From Clostridia bacterium (GTDB lineage Bacteria > Bacillota > Clostridia > Lachnospirales > JAOARL01), in the NCBI GenBank assembly GCA_025210555.1, contig JAOARL010000008.1:45024-109023 (forward strand): DNA of 64,000 nucleotides. The letters are read 5' to 3'. Positions 8,915 through 18,840 of this stretch are shown in pieces. A model generated the notes under the pieces. That model was given only the letters and a program-made list of their open reading frames with translations. It had not been told where the DNA came from and ran no database searches. Made by a program: the position numbers and the translations under genes. Each line of letters begins with the position of its first letter. Position 1 is the first letter of the stretch.

Positions 8915-10420
8915 TTATTCTTCATCTTCTTCCAAATCATCATCATCTATTGTAATCATTCTAGTTTCATCATCCCAACCAACTTTTGCATCTAGATTTT
9001 CAGATATAAATCTTAACGGTACAAAAGTTCTAGACTTTTCAATAGCTGCTGCTACTTCCGTTTCTTTCTCTTCTCCGTTAACTCTGATTTTTCTCTTATT
9101 TATAGGCAATACAATTTCTTTCTCACCTTTTTTTATTATTACACTTTCAGTCTCTGCATCCCATTTAACTTCTGCATCAAGCATTTCTGAAATCGCTCTT
9201 ACAGGTACTAAAGTTCTTCCCTCTTTAACAATTGGATCTGCATCAAATGATGGTCTTCTATTCTTTACAAATATTTTAAGCTTATCTTTTTCAGTTTTAT
9301 TAAGTGCCAGACCAATTTTCTTATAAGCTTCTTTTTTATCTGATGCTTTATCTATTAATTCTTCATATAATTCTTCTCTTTCTTCATCTTCTATCTCAGA
9401 TAACCTTTCAAGTCTCTCTTCCAAAGCTTCAACTCTATCTTCAAAAAACTCTTTTTTTATCTCCATTATTTTTTCTCTTACTTCTCTATCTTTTTCCATT
9501 AACTCTTCAAAAGATTCTTTTAGGTCTTCTGTCATATTCTTACGTGCAGCATTTCTAATTCTTTTCATTGTAGATATTGATCTTGCATGTACTTTTCTAT
9601 AAGCTTTTTCTACATTTAAAAACTCTTCTTTATTTTCAAAGTCTTCATCTAACATTTCTAATATTCTTTCTCTTGCTTCTTTTTGTTCTTCTAGATACAT
9701 CATAGCTTTTTCTTCAAAATTATCAGCTTTTAACACATCAATCTCTTTTATTTTTCTATTTTTATCAATGTTCTGTCTATAATTTCTTATATTAACATCT
9801 TCCATTAGTTCCTTTATTTCCTCTTTAACTTCCAATAATTCTTCTAATATTTCTTCTCTTTCTTCGCCTTTAGCAGTCTTTAAAGTTTTAGATAGTTCTG
9901 CCTGCTTAACTCTTAATTCTTTTAGTTCTTCTAAATCTTCTTTGTTTTCTTCTTCTTTTTCCTCTTTATCTTCTCTCATATCTTTCATTAATTCTTTTAT
10001 TTCTTTATTAACTTCTAATAGTTCTTTCATTATTTCTTTTCTGTCTTCACCTTTAGAACTTCTTAATTTCTTAATTAATTCCATTTGCATAGCTTTAAGT
10101 TCTTCAAGCTCTTCCCTATCATCATTATCTGAATCCATATCATCGTCATCTAAATCCATGTCATCATCATCTTCTTCCTCGTCTTCATCATCTGAGTCCA
10201 TGTCATCATCATCTTCTTCCTCGTCTTCATCATCTGAGTCCATGTCATCATCATCTTCTTCCGATTCCATCTCCTCTTTTTCTTCTGTCTCTTCATCTTC
10301 TTTGTCATCATCTACTGTCTCTTCTATTTTAGTATCAGTATCCTCTTCCGCTAAAGACTTAAGTGGAACATTTGTAAACATTAGCATAATTGCTAAAAAT
10401 ACAATCAATAAATTCTTCAT
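8915..10420 (-). CDS. Secreted hyper-acidic coiled-coil protein with two C-terminal copper-amine-oxidase-N-terminal-like (stalk) repeats
   Basis: Signal-like MKNLLIVFLAIMLMFTNVPLKSLA. D/E tracts. C-terminal RTLVPVRAISEMLDAEVKWD and RTFVPLRFISENLDAKVGWD repeats. Confidence 0.7.
   Translation of the reverse strand: MKNLLIVFLAIMLMFTNVPLKSLAEEDTDTKIEETVDDDKEDEETEEKEEMESEEDDDDMDSDDEDEEEDDDDMDSDDEDEEEDDDDMDLDDDDMDSDNDDREELEELKAMQMELIKKLRSSKGEDRKEIMKELLEVNKEIKELMKDMREDKEEKEEENKEDLEELKELRVKQAELSKTLKTAKGEEREEILEELLEVKEEIKELMEDVNIRNYRQNIDKNRKIKEIDVLKADNFEEKAMMYLEEQKEARERILEMLDEDFENKEEFLNVEKAYRKVHARSISTMKRIRNAARKNMTEDLKESFEELMEKDREVREKIMEIKKEFFEDRVEALEERLERLSEIEDEEREELYEELIDKASDKKEAYKKIGLALNKTEKDKLKIFVKNRRPSFDADPIVKEGRTLVPVRAISEMLDAEVKWDAETESVIIKKGEKEIVLPINKRKIRVNGEEKETEVAAAIEKSRTFVPLRFISENLDAKVGWDDETRMITIDDDDLEEDEE
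10156..10265 (-). repeat. 42-bp tandem repeat (about 2.6 copies) encoding MDSDDEDEEEDDDD units
   Basis: ccatgtcatcatcatcttcttcctcgtcttcatcatctgagt recurs with starts at 10156, 10198 and 10240. Confidence 0.9.
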
Positions 10421-10530
10421 ATAAACACCCCTTGTTTTTTATATTTTTGAACTTCGTTCACTTTAAGTTTAACATAATCTATGATTATGGTCTACTTCAT
10501 CCAAATAAAAAAAGAGCTTTTTTATAGCCC

Positions 10531-11103
10531 TTAGTTAATTATTTCTAAAGAAGTAAATGCATATCCTTTATTTTCTATAACTCTCATTTTTGTTTTTAGA
10601 GTTTCATCTATTGTTTCAACTTTTCCACTCATAACAGTTTCACCCTTATTAAGTTCTTCAAAGCAATCTATTGTTGCTATATTGCTTCCATCGTATGAAT
10701 TAAAAATAGTACTTGGATGCTCTGGAAATCTATAACTCTGAATAACTTCACCTAAATATTCTTCTTTTAATTTCACTTGTTTTTTTAATGTATCTTCAAA
10801 GTCATCTTCAAACATCTTTTTAATATTTTTTAATTTTTCCTTTGTTTCTTTATCTTTAATATCAGAATATACAGCTCCAACTATGCACCCCTCAAGAGCA
10901 GCAACTATAATCTGAGGTTTTATAATCGGAATATATAATTTATTAATAACTGCTAGTATTCCAGATCCAATAACTCCTAATGAAAATATTTTCTTATTTC
11001 TATTATATTTTTTGTTATTATATTCCAACTGACCAATTAATTCTTTCTTTTGATTATATTCATTTTCTAATGATGATATTTTCATTCCTAAGTTGTCTAC
11101 CAT
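10531..11103 (-). CDS. Glycine-zipper-type membrane protein, distant family member G4
   Basis: Start moved to ATG 11103 (AAGGAG RBS). Coiled-coil N-terminus, hydrophobic FSLGVIGSGILAVINKLYIPIIKPQIIVAALEGCIVGAV, then FPEHPSTIFNSYDG. Confidence 0.5.
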   Translation of the reverse strand: MVDNLGMKISSLENEYNQKKELIGQLEYNNKKYNRNKKIFSLGVIGSGILAVINKLYIPIIKPQIIVAALEGCIVGAVYSDIKDKETKEKLKNIKKMFEDDFEDTLKKQVKLKEEYLGEVIQSYRFPEHPSTIFNSYDGSNIATIDCFEELNKGETVMSGKVETIDETLKTKMRVIENKGYAFTSLEIIN

Positions 11104-11132
11104 TTGAAGTCTCCTTTGCAAGTTTTATATGT

Positions 11133-11160
11133 AAAAAAAGAACTAGCAACTAACTAGTTC
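11133..11160 (-). terminator. Rho-independent terminator overlapping the trmL stop codon
   Basis: gaactag/ctagttc stem followed by a T7 run on the minus strand. Confidence 0.7.
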
Positions 11161-11645
11161 CATTCATATTTAGTTAAATGTCCTTCTGTTTGAAAACCCT
11201 TAAAATCTTGTTGTCTTAAGGCTTCATAAAGAATTATATTAACAGAATTTGATAAATTCAATGATCTAATATCATTAAGCATAGGTATTCTAATACTTTC
11301 ATTTTTATGTGTTTTAAGTATTTCCTCTGGAATACCTCCACTTTCTTTTCCAAACATTATATATGAATCATCATCATATGTAACATCTGTATATTTATTT
11401 AAAGCTTTTGTTGTTGCCATAAATATTTTCACATCTTTATTTTTCTCCACAAACTCTTCAAAATTTTCATATACATGAAGATCAAGTTTGTCCCAGTAAT
11501 CAAGTCCAGCTCTTTTAAGGTACTTATCTTCAATAGAAAATCCTAACGGTTTAATTAAATGTAAAGAAGAACCTGTTGCTGCACAAGTTCTTGCTATATT
11601 TCCTGTATTTTGTGGTATTTCTGGTTCATGTAATATTATATGCAT
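11154..11645 (-). CDS. trmL: tRNA (cytidine/uridine-34 2'-O)-methyltransferase, SpoU/TrmL family
   Basis: MHIILHEPEIPQNTGNIARTCAATGSSLHLIKPLGFSIEDKYLKRAGLDYW is near-canonical TrmL. Confidence 0.85.
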   Translation of the reverse strand: MHIILHEPEIPQNTGNIARTCAATGSSLHLIKPLGFSIEDKYLKRAGLDYWDKLDLHVYENFEEFVEKNKDVKIFMATTKALNKYTDVTYDDDSYIMFGKESGGIPEEILKTHKNESIRIPMLNDIRSLNLSNSVNIILYEALRQQDFKGFQTEGHLTKYEWN

Positions 11646-11658
11646 ATAATAACCTCTT

Positions 11659-12141
11659 TTACTCTACATTCTCCGCAAGAGCCATATCTATTTCAAATTT
11701 AGCTCCTATCTCTGTAATTTCTAATGGAATAGAAACATTTTCTATTTTATTAGTAGTAATTTGCATACTCTCACCTAATAATAATGAAGGTGGTGTTATA
11801 TCAATTTTTATACCTTTGTTATAGAAAATTGTTGCTGTTGTTCCAAGTATCATATTTGTAAGCTCTGAAATAGCTGACTTTGACATCTCATCTAATTCAG
11901 TAACTGGCATTCCCATCATCATCTTTGATGCTATTGCTTTTGCTGATTCAATTGGCATATTAAAGATAACTTGTCCTTTAATATCTCCTGTAACTCCTAA
12001 AATAATAGCTACCGTATTACTAGCAAACGGTGATGCTTTTAAATATGGCTTGCCCAGTGCCACATCTACATTACAAGTATTTTTTATTATGTTAGTTGCC
12101 CCTTCAACAAAAGGATTAATGTATTCAACGTTTATGCTCAT
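11659..12141 (-). CDS. cheX: CheX-type chemotaxis phosphatase
   Basis: Start at ATG 12141 (AAAGGAG RBS). MSINVEYINPFVEGATNIIKNT...VTGDIKGQVIFNM...SAISELTNMILG...DITPPS matches the CheX pattern. Confidence 0.8.
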   Translation of the reverse strand: MSINVEYINPFVEGATNIIKNTCNVDVALGKPYLKASPFASNTVAIILGVTGDIKGQVIFNMPIESAKAIASKMMMGMPVTELDEMSKSAISELTNMILGTTATIFYNKGIKIDITPPSLLLGESMQITTNKIENVSIPLEITEIGAKFEIDMALAENVE

Positions 12142-12209
12142 CTTATTCTCCTTTTTCATTCCTTTGGTTTTTGAATTCATGTTCACAATATACGATAACA
12201 TATCTTACT

Positions 12210-12752
12210 TTAAAGTTCAATCTTAATTGTATTCCAAATAAGCTTAAAAACTTCCCCTCTTGTTATGTTATCATTCATATTCTTAATTAGTTCCTCGTTT
12301 ATTATACCTATTTCTAAAGATTTGTCAAAGTAATTATATGGCCAAGTTTCTTCAGACAAATTATTGTCTTTTCCTACTAATCTAACTAAGATAGTTAAAA
12401 CTTCTCCATATGTAATATTTTTTCCAGGTTTAAATGTGTTATCTGGAAAACCTGTCATTATATGACTATTATTTACTATGTATATATATTTATTTCCCCA
12501 AAACTCCGGTTTTAAATCATCAAACTTAAGTTCACTAGCGCTTTCATTAATACCTTTGCTTTCCATTATCCTAACAACAATGGCAGCAATCTCTGCTCTT
12601 GTTATATAGTTATTAAACCTTAAATCTCCATCTTCATAACCATTAACAATCTCAAGTTTCTTAAGGTTCTCTCCTATTTCATCTATTGTTAAAGCATTTA
12701 CGCTTATAAATAACATTACAAAGGATATAACACTAATTAATATCTTTTTCAT
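12210..12752 (-). CDS. Secreted protein with two S-layer-homology (SLH) domains
   Basis: Signal peptide. VNGYEDGDLRFNNYITRAEIAAIVVRI and MTGFPDNTFKPGKNITYGEVLTILVRL. Confidence 0.7.
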   Translation of the reverse strand: MKKILISVISFVMLFISVNALTIDEIGENLKKLEIVNGYEDGDLRFNNYITRAEIAAIVVRIMESKGINESASELKFDDLKPEFWGNKYIYIVNNSHIMTGFPDNTFKPGKNITYGEVLTILVRLVGKDNNLSEETWPYNYFDKSLEIGIINEELIKNMNDNITRGEVFKLIWNTIKIEL

Positions 12753-14707
12753 TCACTACCTACTTTCTGTATTAAATCATTCTCAACACAATAATCTATA
12801 TTTAAAGGTCTTTTAAGAAATAATCTATCAAATACTACATAAACTGTTTCACCATCAACTTCTTTTACAGTACCTTCTCCAAACTTTTTATGCTTTATTT
12901 TTTCATTAATACTAAACTTTGGTTTTAATTTAAGTTCAAGTATGAATCTACTTTTCTTCATTTTTTTATCAAATTTTTCATTTAAATATGATATATGTAA
13001 ATTTCTTTTAGCTCTAGTTATACTTACATAGAAAAGCCTTCTTTCTTCCTCTATATCATCATATGACTTTTCATGTGGCACTATGTCTTCATTTGTACTA
13101 ATAACAAATACATGTTCAAATTCCAATCCTTTAGCGCTATGCATAGTTGTTAGAGTAACTCCTTGTTTATCTTTTGAACTTTCTTTTATTTGTTTTTCAT
13201 ATTTAATAATATAATCCTCTATCTCTGCTATAGTTTCAAATGACTTAACAAGTTCTGTTAACTCGTCTAATATATTTATTAAAGGATCACTATTAATACT
13301 TTTTTCTAAGCAATAAGTCTTAATGTGATTATCATATCCTATATCTTTCCTTATATACTTAAAGGCATCATACATATTCATTTTTTTTAGTTTATTTAAG
13401 TTATATGTAAGTTCATCTATTCTATCTAGTTGCCATGTCTTAAGTCCTTGCACTTCATATATTCTTTTCAAGTTATAATCAGCCTTCATAATAACTGATT
13501 TACTCATATATCTATTTGGCTTGTTTATTATCCTTTTAAAGCTTTCTACATCGTCTTTGTCATTAGCAAGCTTAACATAACTTATAATATCTTTAAAAAC
13601 CCAATGATTAAATATATTAGCTATATCATCCCTAGTATTAAACCTTATATTATGATCTAGTAAATGTTCTATTAAAACATTTGCTTGAACATTGTTTCTA
13701 TATATAACTGCAACATCTGATAAACTTTTAATTTTTTTAATCTTGCTAACTATGCTTTCAGCTTCCTCATTTGCATCAGAATATTTTTTGAGATTTATTT
13801 CTGTATCTGATTCAAAATTTGCATTTAACTCTTTTTCATATCTGAGCTCATTATTTAATATTAAATTATTAGCTGCTTCGATTATTTTATCACTTGATCT
13901 ATAGTTATTTATAAGATTAACCTTTTTTATATTTTCATATATTTTAGGTAATCTTAAAAATATTTCCGGTCTTGCTCCTCTGAATGCATATATGCTTTGG
14001 TCATCATCTCCAACAACAAATAAATTTTTATATTTACCTGCCATCATCTTTATAATTTCAAACTGTACTATATTTATATCTTGAAACTCATCTATAATAA
14101 TGTATTTGTATTTTTCTCTATACTTTTCAAGTATATATTCATTTCCCTTAAACATTTCATAACACATCACTAATATGTCATCAAAGTCAATTTTCCGTAT
14201 TTCTTCCTTAACACCTTCATAGGCATTATATATAGTTTCAAAATCTGATTTCGAAAAATTTATAGAATTAAAGTTTTCTACAGCTATTAAAGAATTCTTT
14301 AACAATCCTAAATCTTTCAAAAATAAATTTGTTATTTCATCTATATCTTCGTATTCTAATCCATTTTTGTTAATAATCTGCTTAACTATTTCATATTTCT
14401 CATATTCAAGTAAAATATTATAACCTATAAGCTTTCTTTCCCATTTAAGCATCCTATAAAATATTGAATGAAATGTAGCAAACTCTATTTTTTCATCTGA
14501 TATTTTACTAAATCTCTCTTTCATTTCAGTAGCTGATGCTTTTGAGAAAGTTATTCCTAATATTTCACTACTATCTATATTATTTAATATTAGCCATTTA
14601 ATTCTTTCTAGTATAAGAGTAGTCTTACCAGTTCCAGGTCCTGCTAAAACCATCATAGGTCCTGAAATATGTTTAACTGCTAATTCTTGTTCTTTATTTA
14701 AATTCAT
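12749..14707 (-). CDS. UvrD/PcrA-family ATP-dependent DNA helicase
   Basis: Walker A AGPGTGKTT, IIIDEFQDIN, VGDDDQSIYAFRGA and TMHSAKGLEF. Stop overlaps the downstream SLH gene start. Confidence 0.85.
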   Translation of the reverse strand: MNLNKEQELAVKHISGPMMVLAGPGTGKTTLILERIKWLILNNIDSSEILGITFSKASATEMKERFSKISDEKIEFATFHSIFYRMLKWERKLIGYNILLEYEKYEIVKQIINKNGLEYEDIDEITNLFLKDLGLLKNSLIAVENFNSINFSKSDFETIYNAYEGVKEEIRKIDFDDILVMCYEMFKGNEYILEKYREKYKYIIIDEFQDINIVQFEIIKMMAGKYKNLFVVGDDDQSIYAFRGARPEIFLRLPKIYENIKKVNLINNYRSSDKIIEAANNLILNNELRYEKELNANFESDTEINLKKYSDANEEAESIVSKIKKIKSLSDVAVIYRNNVQANVLIEHLLDHNIRFNTRDDIANIFNHWVFKDIISYVKLANDKDDVESFKRIINKPNRYMSKSVIMKADYNLKRIYEVQGLKTWQLDRIDELTYNLNKLKKMNMYDAFKYIRKDIGYDNHIKTYCLEKSINSDPLINILDELTELVKSFETIAEIEDYIIKYEKQIKESSKDKQGVTLTTMHSAKGLEFEHVFVISTNEDIVPHEKSYDDIEEERRLFYVSITRAKRNLHISYLNEKFDKKMKKSRFILELKLKPKFSINEKIKHKKFGEGTVKEVDGETVYVVFDRLFLKRPLNIDYCVENDLIQKVGSE

Positions 14708-14718
14708 CTTGCCTCCTG

Positions 14719-15663
14719 CTATAACGTAAGTTCTCTTATGTTTTTTATTAAATCTTTCATACTCTTATATTCTTCAATCCCTTTTTCATATTGATTTCTT
14801 CTAACCCTTTTTGCGAAAGAATTGAAGAAACAAAGTAAAACTGTAAATCTAAACATCTCATTAAAACCTTCAGGTCTACTAAAGTTATATAAACCGTCAA
14901 AATAACCTCTAACAAAGGCTTTTTCTTTCTCTCTTAATATTCCCCATATTATCTGATACCTAAAATTCAGCACATCATAATCAAGTCCTATTGATTCACA
15001 ATCTACAGTGTATATATTATCTTCATTGTCTTTCATGAAATTTGATCTTTTTATGTCACCATGAATAAGACACTTTACAGAGTTTTTAAAAGCTTTGCCA
15101 TATTCATCTGCTAGTGACCTTATATTTTCTATTTCATCTACCGAGAAATCTTTCTTAAAGAGATTACCCAGCTTATTATCCTTAGTTAATACATCAATTG
15201 AATCATTTATTAATTCTATATGATCCATTATTGTTTCTCTTCTACATATACTCTCATTATATCCTTTAAACTCTTTAAGTTTTGCGTATGCCTCACCAAT
15301 ATTTACACCTAGTTCATAGTTATCCTTAAGAGAATACTCATCTTTGTTATATTCATCTTTTAAATTAACACCATCTACATACTCATATGCTATATAGTGC
15401 ATTTCCTCATCTTTTACTAATCCTATGTCTATAAGTTCTATAGCCTTAAGTGGCATCTCTTTATAATACATAAGTCTATCTTTTAATTCCATTACTTTCT
15501 TTTGACTAAAACCTTTACTTGCAACCTTTAAAAAGAATGTATCATCATCTCTTACTACTTTATATGTATGAGCTCCTGAATGGCCTCCAGTTACTTCAAT
15601 TAATTCATCAGTTTCTATTAAAAAATCTATATTTTTATTACTATACATTTTTACCTCCAACAT
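14719..15663 (-). CDS. APH/choline-kinase-like phosphotransferase family protein
   Basis: Catalytic loop LIHGDIKRSNFM and a downstream DCES Mg-binding-like motif. Confidence 0.65.
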   Translation of the reverse strand: MLEVKMYSNKNIDFLIETDELIEVTGGHSGAHTYKVVRDDDTFFLKVASKGFSQKKVMELKDRLMYYKEMPLKAIELIDIGLVKDEEMHYIAYEYVDGVNLKDEYNKDEYSLKDNYELGVNIGEAYAKLKEFKGYNESICRRETIMDHIELINDSIDVLTKDNKLGNLFKKDFSVDEIENIRSLADEYGKAFKNSVKCLIHGDIKRSNFMKDNEDNIYTVDCESIGLDYDVLNFRYQIIWGILREKEKAFVRGYFDGLYNFSRPEGFNEMFRFTVLLCFFNSFAKRVRRNQYEKGIEEYKSMKDLIKNIRELTL

Positions 15664-15764
15664 AACTTTTGCATTTTAAATTATAACATACTTCCACTCA
15701 AATATATGTTCTTTTATTTTAATATATGCTATAATTACCATAAAAAAATATAAGGGGGCTTATT

Positions 15765-16388
15765 ATGCCATTTAGTTACGATGTATTCTTCGTTTTTTTC
15801 TTTTTTATGCTTGGATTTGTTATATATATTTATGCATCAAAAAAAGATGCTAATCACGAATTTAAAGATATATTAAAGAAAGAAGAAGAATTAAATAAAA
15901 TTATTAAAGATGACGTAAATATCAATTACATAAGACCATCAATATCAAACTTTCCTTTAATGCAGGAATTTGAAGTAAAAACTGATAGAGAATCTATTGC
16001 ATTTAAAAAACAAGAATCAGTTGAAGACTTAATAAATCTTCCAATGGTATCTTCTATAAAAGGTCTATCTAATGAAGAAATTAAAATAAAATTTGGAAGC
16101 AATAACTTTGATAAGATAACAGCTTATGAACAAAATTATTATACATTCTTACATGCACTTAATGATTGGGCTCTTCTTCTTAAGAAAGCTGATCACTTCC
16201 AAGAAGCTATAATAATTTTAGAAGAAGCATTAATATTAAAATCAGATATAATCAAGACTTACATACTATTATCTGATTTATACAAAGAAACGGGACAACA
16301 AGAAGCACTTGAAGGGTTAAAAGAATATTTAACTACTAACAATGTAATTGATAATAATAAGATTAAAGAATACATAAACAATCTATAA
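15765..16388 (+). CDS. N-terminally membrane-anchored protein with TPR-like C-terminal helices
   Basis: GGGGG RBS. FFVFFFFMLGFVIYIYA TM segment. One of only two plus-strand genes. Confidence 0.5.
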   Translation: MPFSYDVFFVFFFFMLGFVIYIYASKKDANHEFKDILKKEEELNKIIKDDVNINYIRPSISNFPLMQEFEVKTDRESIAFKKQESVEDLINLPMVSSIKGLSNEEIKIKFGSNNFDKITAYEQNYYTFLHALNDWALLLKKADHFQEAIIILEEALILKSDIIKTYILLSDLYKETGQQEALEGLKEYLTTNNVIDNNKIKEYINNL

Positions 16389-16404
16389 AATAAGACACAA
16401 AAAA

Positions 16405-16430
16405 ATAGACTTCAAAGGGGTGAAGTCTAT
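16405..16430. terminator. Bidirectional Rho-independent terminator
   Basis: atagacttca/tgaagtctat 10-bp stem with loop aagggg. An A-run lies upstream and a T-run downstream. It sits between convergent genes. Confidence 0.75.
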
Positions 16431-16487
16431 TTTAATGCTTCTATTATCAATATTCTTATTAGCGCGTCCTTTTTGGTAAAAAACTTT

Positions 16488-16706
16488 TTATATAAGTTGA
16501 CCATAAGTTCTTACCTCTACTTTCTTTTCTGTTACATCTATCTTTTGTTCTTTAGTTTTATTTATTTTTACAAATGTATCAATTGCATTTTCCATTGCTG
16601 CTTCTGCAGTTTTAGCTTTAGATGAACTATTTCTCATTTGAGCAAGTACTTCTCCAAATGCTATAGTTCTTCTAAGTGCATCCTCTTTTCTTTGATCTGT
16701 ACTCAT
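16488..16706 (-). CDS. Hypothetical small protein (72 aa)
   Basis: GGAGGTG RBS upstream of the ATG. No recognisable motif. Confidence 0.45.
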   Translation of the reverse strand: MSTDQRKEDALRRTIAFGEVLAQMRNSSSKAKTAEAAMENAIDTFVKINKTKEQKIDVTEKKVEVRTYGQLI

Positions 16707-16850
16707 AATAATTCACCTCCAAAATATTTTTTTCAAAAACGTATTACCATTATATTATAATTTTCTGACAATTGCAATAGTTTTCTGAAAATTTATTTCA
16801 AAAGTTTTTTTACATACAAAAAGCCATATATTTATATGGCTTTTACTTAA

Positions 16851-17327
16851 TTAATCTTCACCAAGTTCTTCAGATTTTCCATTAATATTATTAAAAACAA
16901 CCGTCTCTACATCGGTTTCACCATTAATAATTTGATCTATTATACCATCATCCATTGCCCTTAAACTAAGATGCTGCTCTACACTTATCTTTCCTTCTAA
17001 AAACAATTCATATCCAAAATTATCTATCAGAGATAATGTTTTTCTTCTATCATATCCCTGAGGGTCTGTAATTCTTCTTCTTTGTTCGCTATACTCTTCA
17101 TATCCTATCTCTTCTCCATTAAAAACATATCCTGACTTTGTTTCCCCTTGTACTCCATCTATTTCGACAAATCCACAATAGTCTCCTGTTTCCATATTTT
17201 GAACCATGCTTGTTCCATCTGCATAGTCAAACCTATATGTTTCACTTCTAGCAATTTTTTTAACGTCAGTTATTTTAGCATTTAAATTTTTAATACTAAC
17301 TCCTTCGTTTGTATTCACACTTACCAC
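16851..17327 (-). CDS. Hypothetical protein (about 155-158 aa)
   Basis: GTG-initiated ORF. The GTG at 17318 has better AGGGAG spacing. Followed by the terminator hairpin aagccatata/tatatggctt at about 16821-16846. Confidence 0.45.
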   Translation of the reverse strand: MVSVNTNEGVSIKNLNAKITDVKKIARSETYRFDYADGTSMVQNMETGDYCGFVEIDGVQGETKSGYVFNGEEIGYEEYSEQRRRITDPQGYDRRKTLSLIDNFGYELFLEGKISVEQHLSLRAMDDGIIDQIINGETDVETVVFNNINGKSEELGED

Positions 17328-17406
17328 TCCCTAGACTTTTTTTAAGTCTATCACTCTTGTCAGAATTCGTCAAATATTCTAACATTTTTTGTGCTTAACA
17401 AAAAAA

Positions 17407-17628
17407 CTATCTGCTATATCCTTGCAAATACTCTCTTATGTCTTTATTTTCAAAATTTGGACTTGTACTTTTAACATTTTTGATTTCTCCTGTTTTTAAG
17501 TTCTCATACATATCTTTAGTAACAATTCTTTTTTCATTTATATCATAAGATGATATTACCCACGATAAATCATCAAAACTCTTTAACATTTCTTCATAAA
17601 CTTCATTAGATTTATTTATATTATCCAT
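17407..17628 (-). CDS. Hypothetical small protein (73 aa)
   Basis: ORF with an AGGGAG RBS. No recognisable motif. Confidence 0.4.
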   Translation of the reverse strand: MDNINKSNEVYEEMLKSFDDLSWVISSYDINEKRIVTKDMYENLKTGEIKNVKSTSPNFENKDIREYLQGYSR

Positions 17629-17652
17629 TTAATTCTCCCTTTAAATTTAGTA

Positions 17653-17679
17653 AGAAAAAAACCACTCCTAAGAGTGGTT
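17653..17679 (-). terminator. Rho-independent terminator after the cold-shock gene
   Basis: aaccactc/gagtggtt stem with loop ctaa, followed by a T8 run on the minus strand. Confidence 0.8.
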
Positions 17680-17706
17680 CAAAATCTTAATTATCTATAT
17701 TGACAA

Positions 17707-17907
17707 TTAGTTTTTTGTAACGTTTGCAGCTTGAGGTCCTTTTGGTCCTTCAACGATTTCAAAAGAAACTGATTGTCCTTCATCTAAAGTCTTGAATCCG
17801 TCTCCTGTGATTGCTGAGAAATGTACGAATACATCGCTTCCGTCTTCACAAGTAATGAATCCGAATCCTTTTTCTGCGTTAAACCATTTTACTACACCAT
17901 TTTTCAT
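17707..17907 (-). CDS. csp: Cold-shock protein (CspA family)
   Basis: [33 protein letters not shown] carries the RNP1/RNP2 motifs. Confidence 0.95.
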   Translation of the reverse strand: MKNGVVKWFNAEKGFGFITCEDGSDVFVHFSAITGDGFKTLDEGQSVSFEIVEGPKGPQAANVTKN

Positions 17908-17954
17908 TTTGTTTCCTCCAAAAAATTATATTCCGTCAGTTTCCTAACATCCTT

Positions 17955-17983
17955 AGAATAACATAGATAACACCTAGTGTCAA
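17955..17983 (-). promoter_or_regulatory. Promoter of the cold-shock gene (TTGACA-17-TATTCT)
   Basis: -35 at 17978-17983 and -10 at 17955-17960, giving a ~45-nt 5'UTR. Confidence 0.55.
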
Positions 17984-17986
17984 TTG

Positions 17987-18730
17987 TTATTTAACTTCTA
18001 CTTTATACTTTCCTTTAAGTTCTTCAACTCTAGCGTCATATACTTCTTTTTGCTTAACATATACAAGTTGCGTTTTAATATTTTCTTTAACTGTATCAAA
18101 GCTCTTTTGCTCTTTTTCAGTCTTTCCAGTAAGTTTAATTAGGTGGTAACCAAATTGTGTTTTAACTACGTCACTTACTGCTCCAACTTCCATAGCGAAT
18201 GCAGCCTCTTCAAATTCTGGAACCATTTGTCCTCTACCGAATTCTCCTAAGTCTCCACCTCTCTCTTTTGATGGACAGCTAGAATATTCTGTAGCTAAAT
18301 CTTCAAAAGACTTACTATCAAGCTCTTCTTTAACTTTATTAATTTCTTCTTCGCTATCAACTAATATATGACTAGCTGATACTTTTTCATCAGCAATAAA
18401 TTGCTCTTTATTATTATTATAGAAATCTTCAGCATCTTCATCAGAAACTTCTAAAGCTCCTAACATTTTATCTAAAGCATATTGCTTAAGTAATGTTTCT
18501 TCCATTTCTTTAACTAACATTTTAAATGCAGACTCATCTCTTAAATTACTCTCATCAGCATCTAAGAATATTAATTCTTGATTTATTAATTCATCTAAAA
18601 GTCTCTTTTGACCATCTTCTGAGTAGAATTGCATTGCTCTTTCTGGCCCCATATTTTGCATTAACTCTGCTAAATGACTTTCTTTGATTTCTTTACCGTT
18701 TACTGTTGCTAAAACTTTATTTTCTCTCAT
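17987..18730 (-). CDS. PpiC/parvulin-type peptidyl-prolyl cis-trans isomerase
   Basis: SASHILV...CPSKERGGDLGEFGRGQMVPEFEEAAF...FGYHLIKL. Confidence 0.8.
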   Translation of the reverse strand: MRENKVLATVNGKEIKESHLAELMQNMGPERAMQFYSEDGQKRLLDELINQELIFLDADESNLRDESAFKMLVKEMEETLLKQYALDKMLGALEVSDEDAEDFYNNNKEQFIADEKVSASHILVDSEEEINKVKEELDSKSFEDLATEYSSCPSKERGGDLGEFGRGQMVPEFEEAAFAMEVGAVSDVVKTQFGYHLIKLTGKTEKEQKSFDTVKENIKTQLVYVKQKEVYDARVEELKGKYKVEVK

Positions 18731-18840
18731 CTTAACATCTCCTTTTGTTTAGTCCTTGTATATAATACCACTTTTCTTATTCTTTTAAAAGGCCTTTAAA
18801 TATTTTTAATACTAGATACTAAATACAATCATTACTTCCA

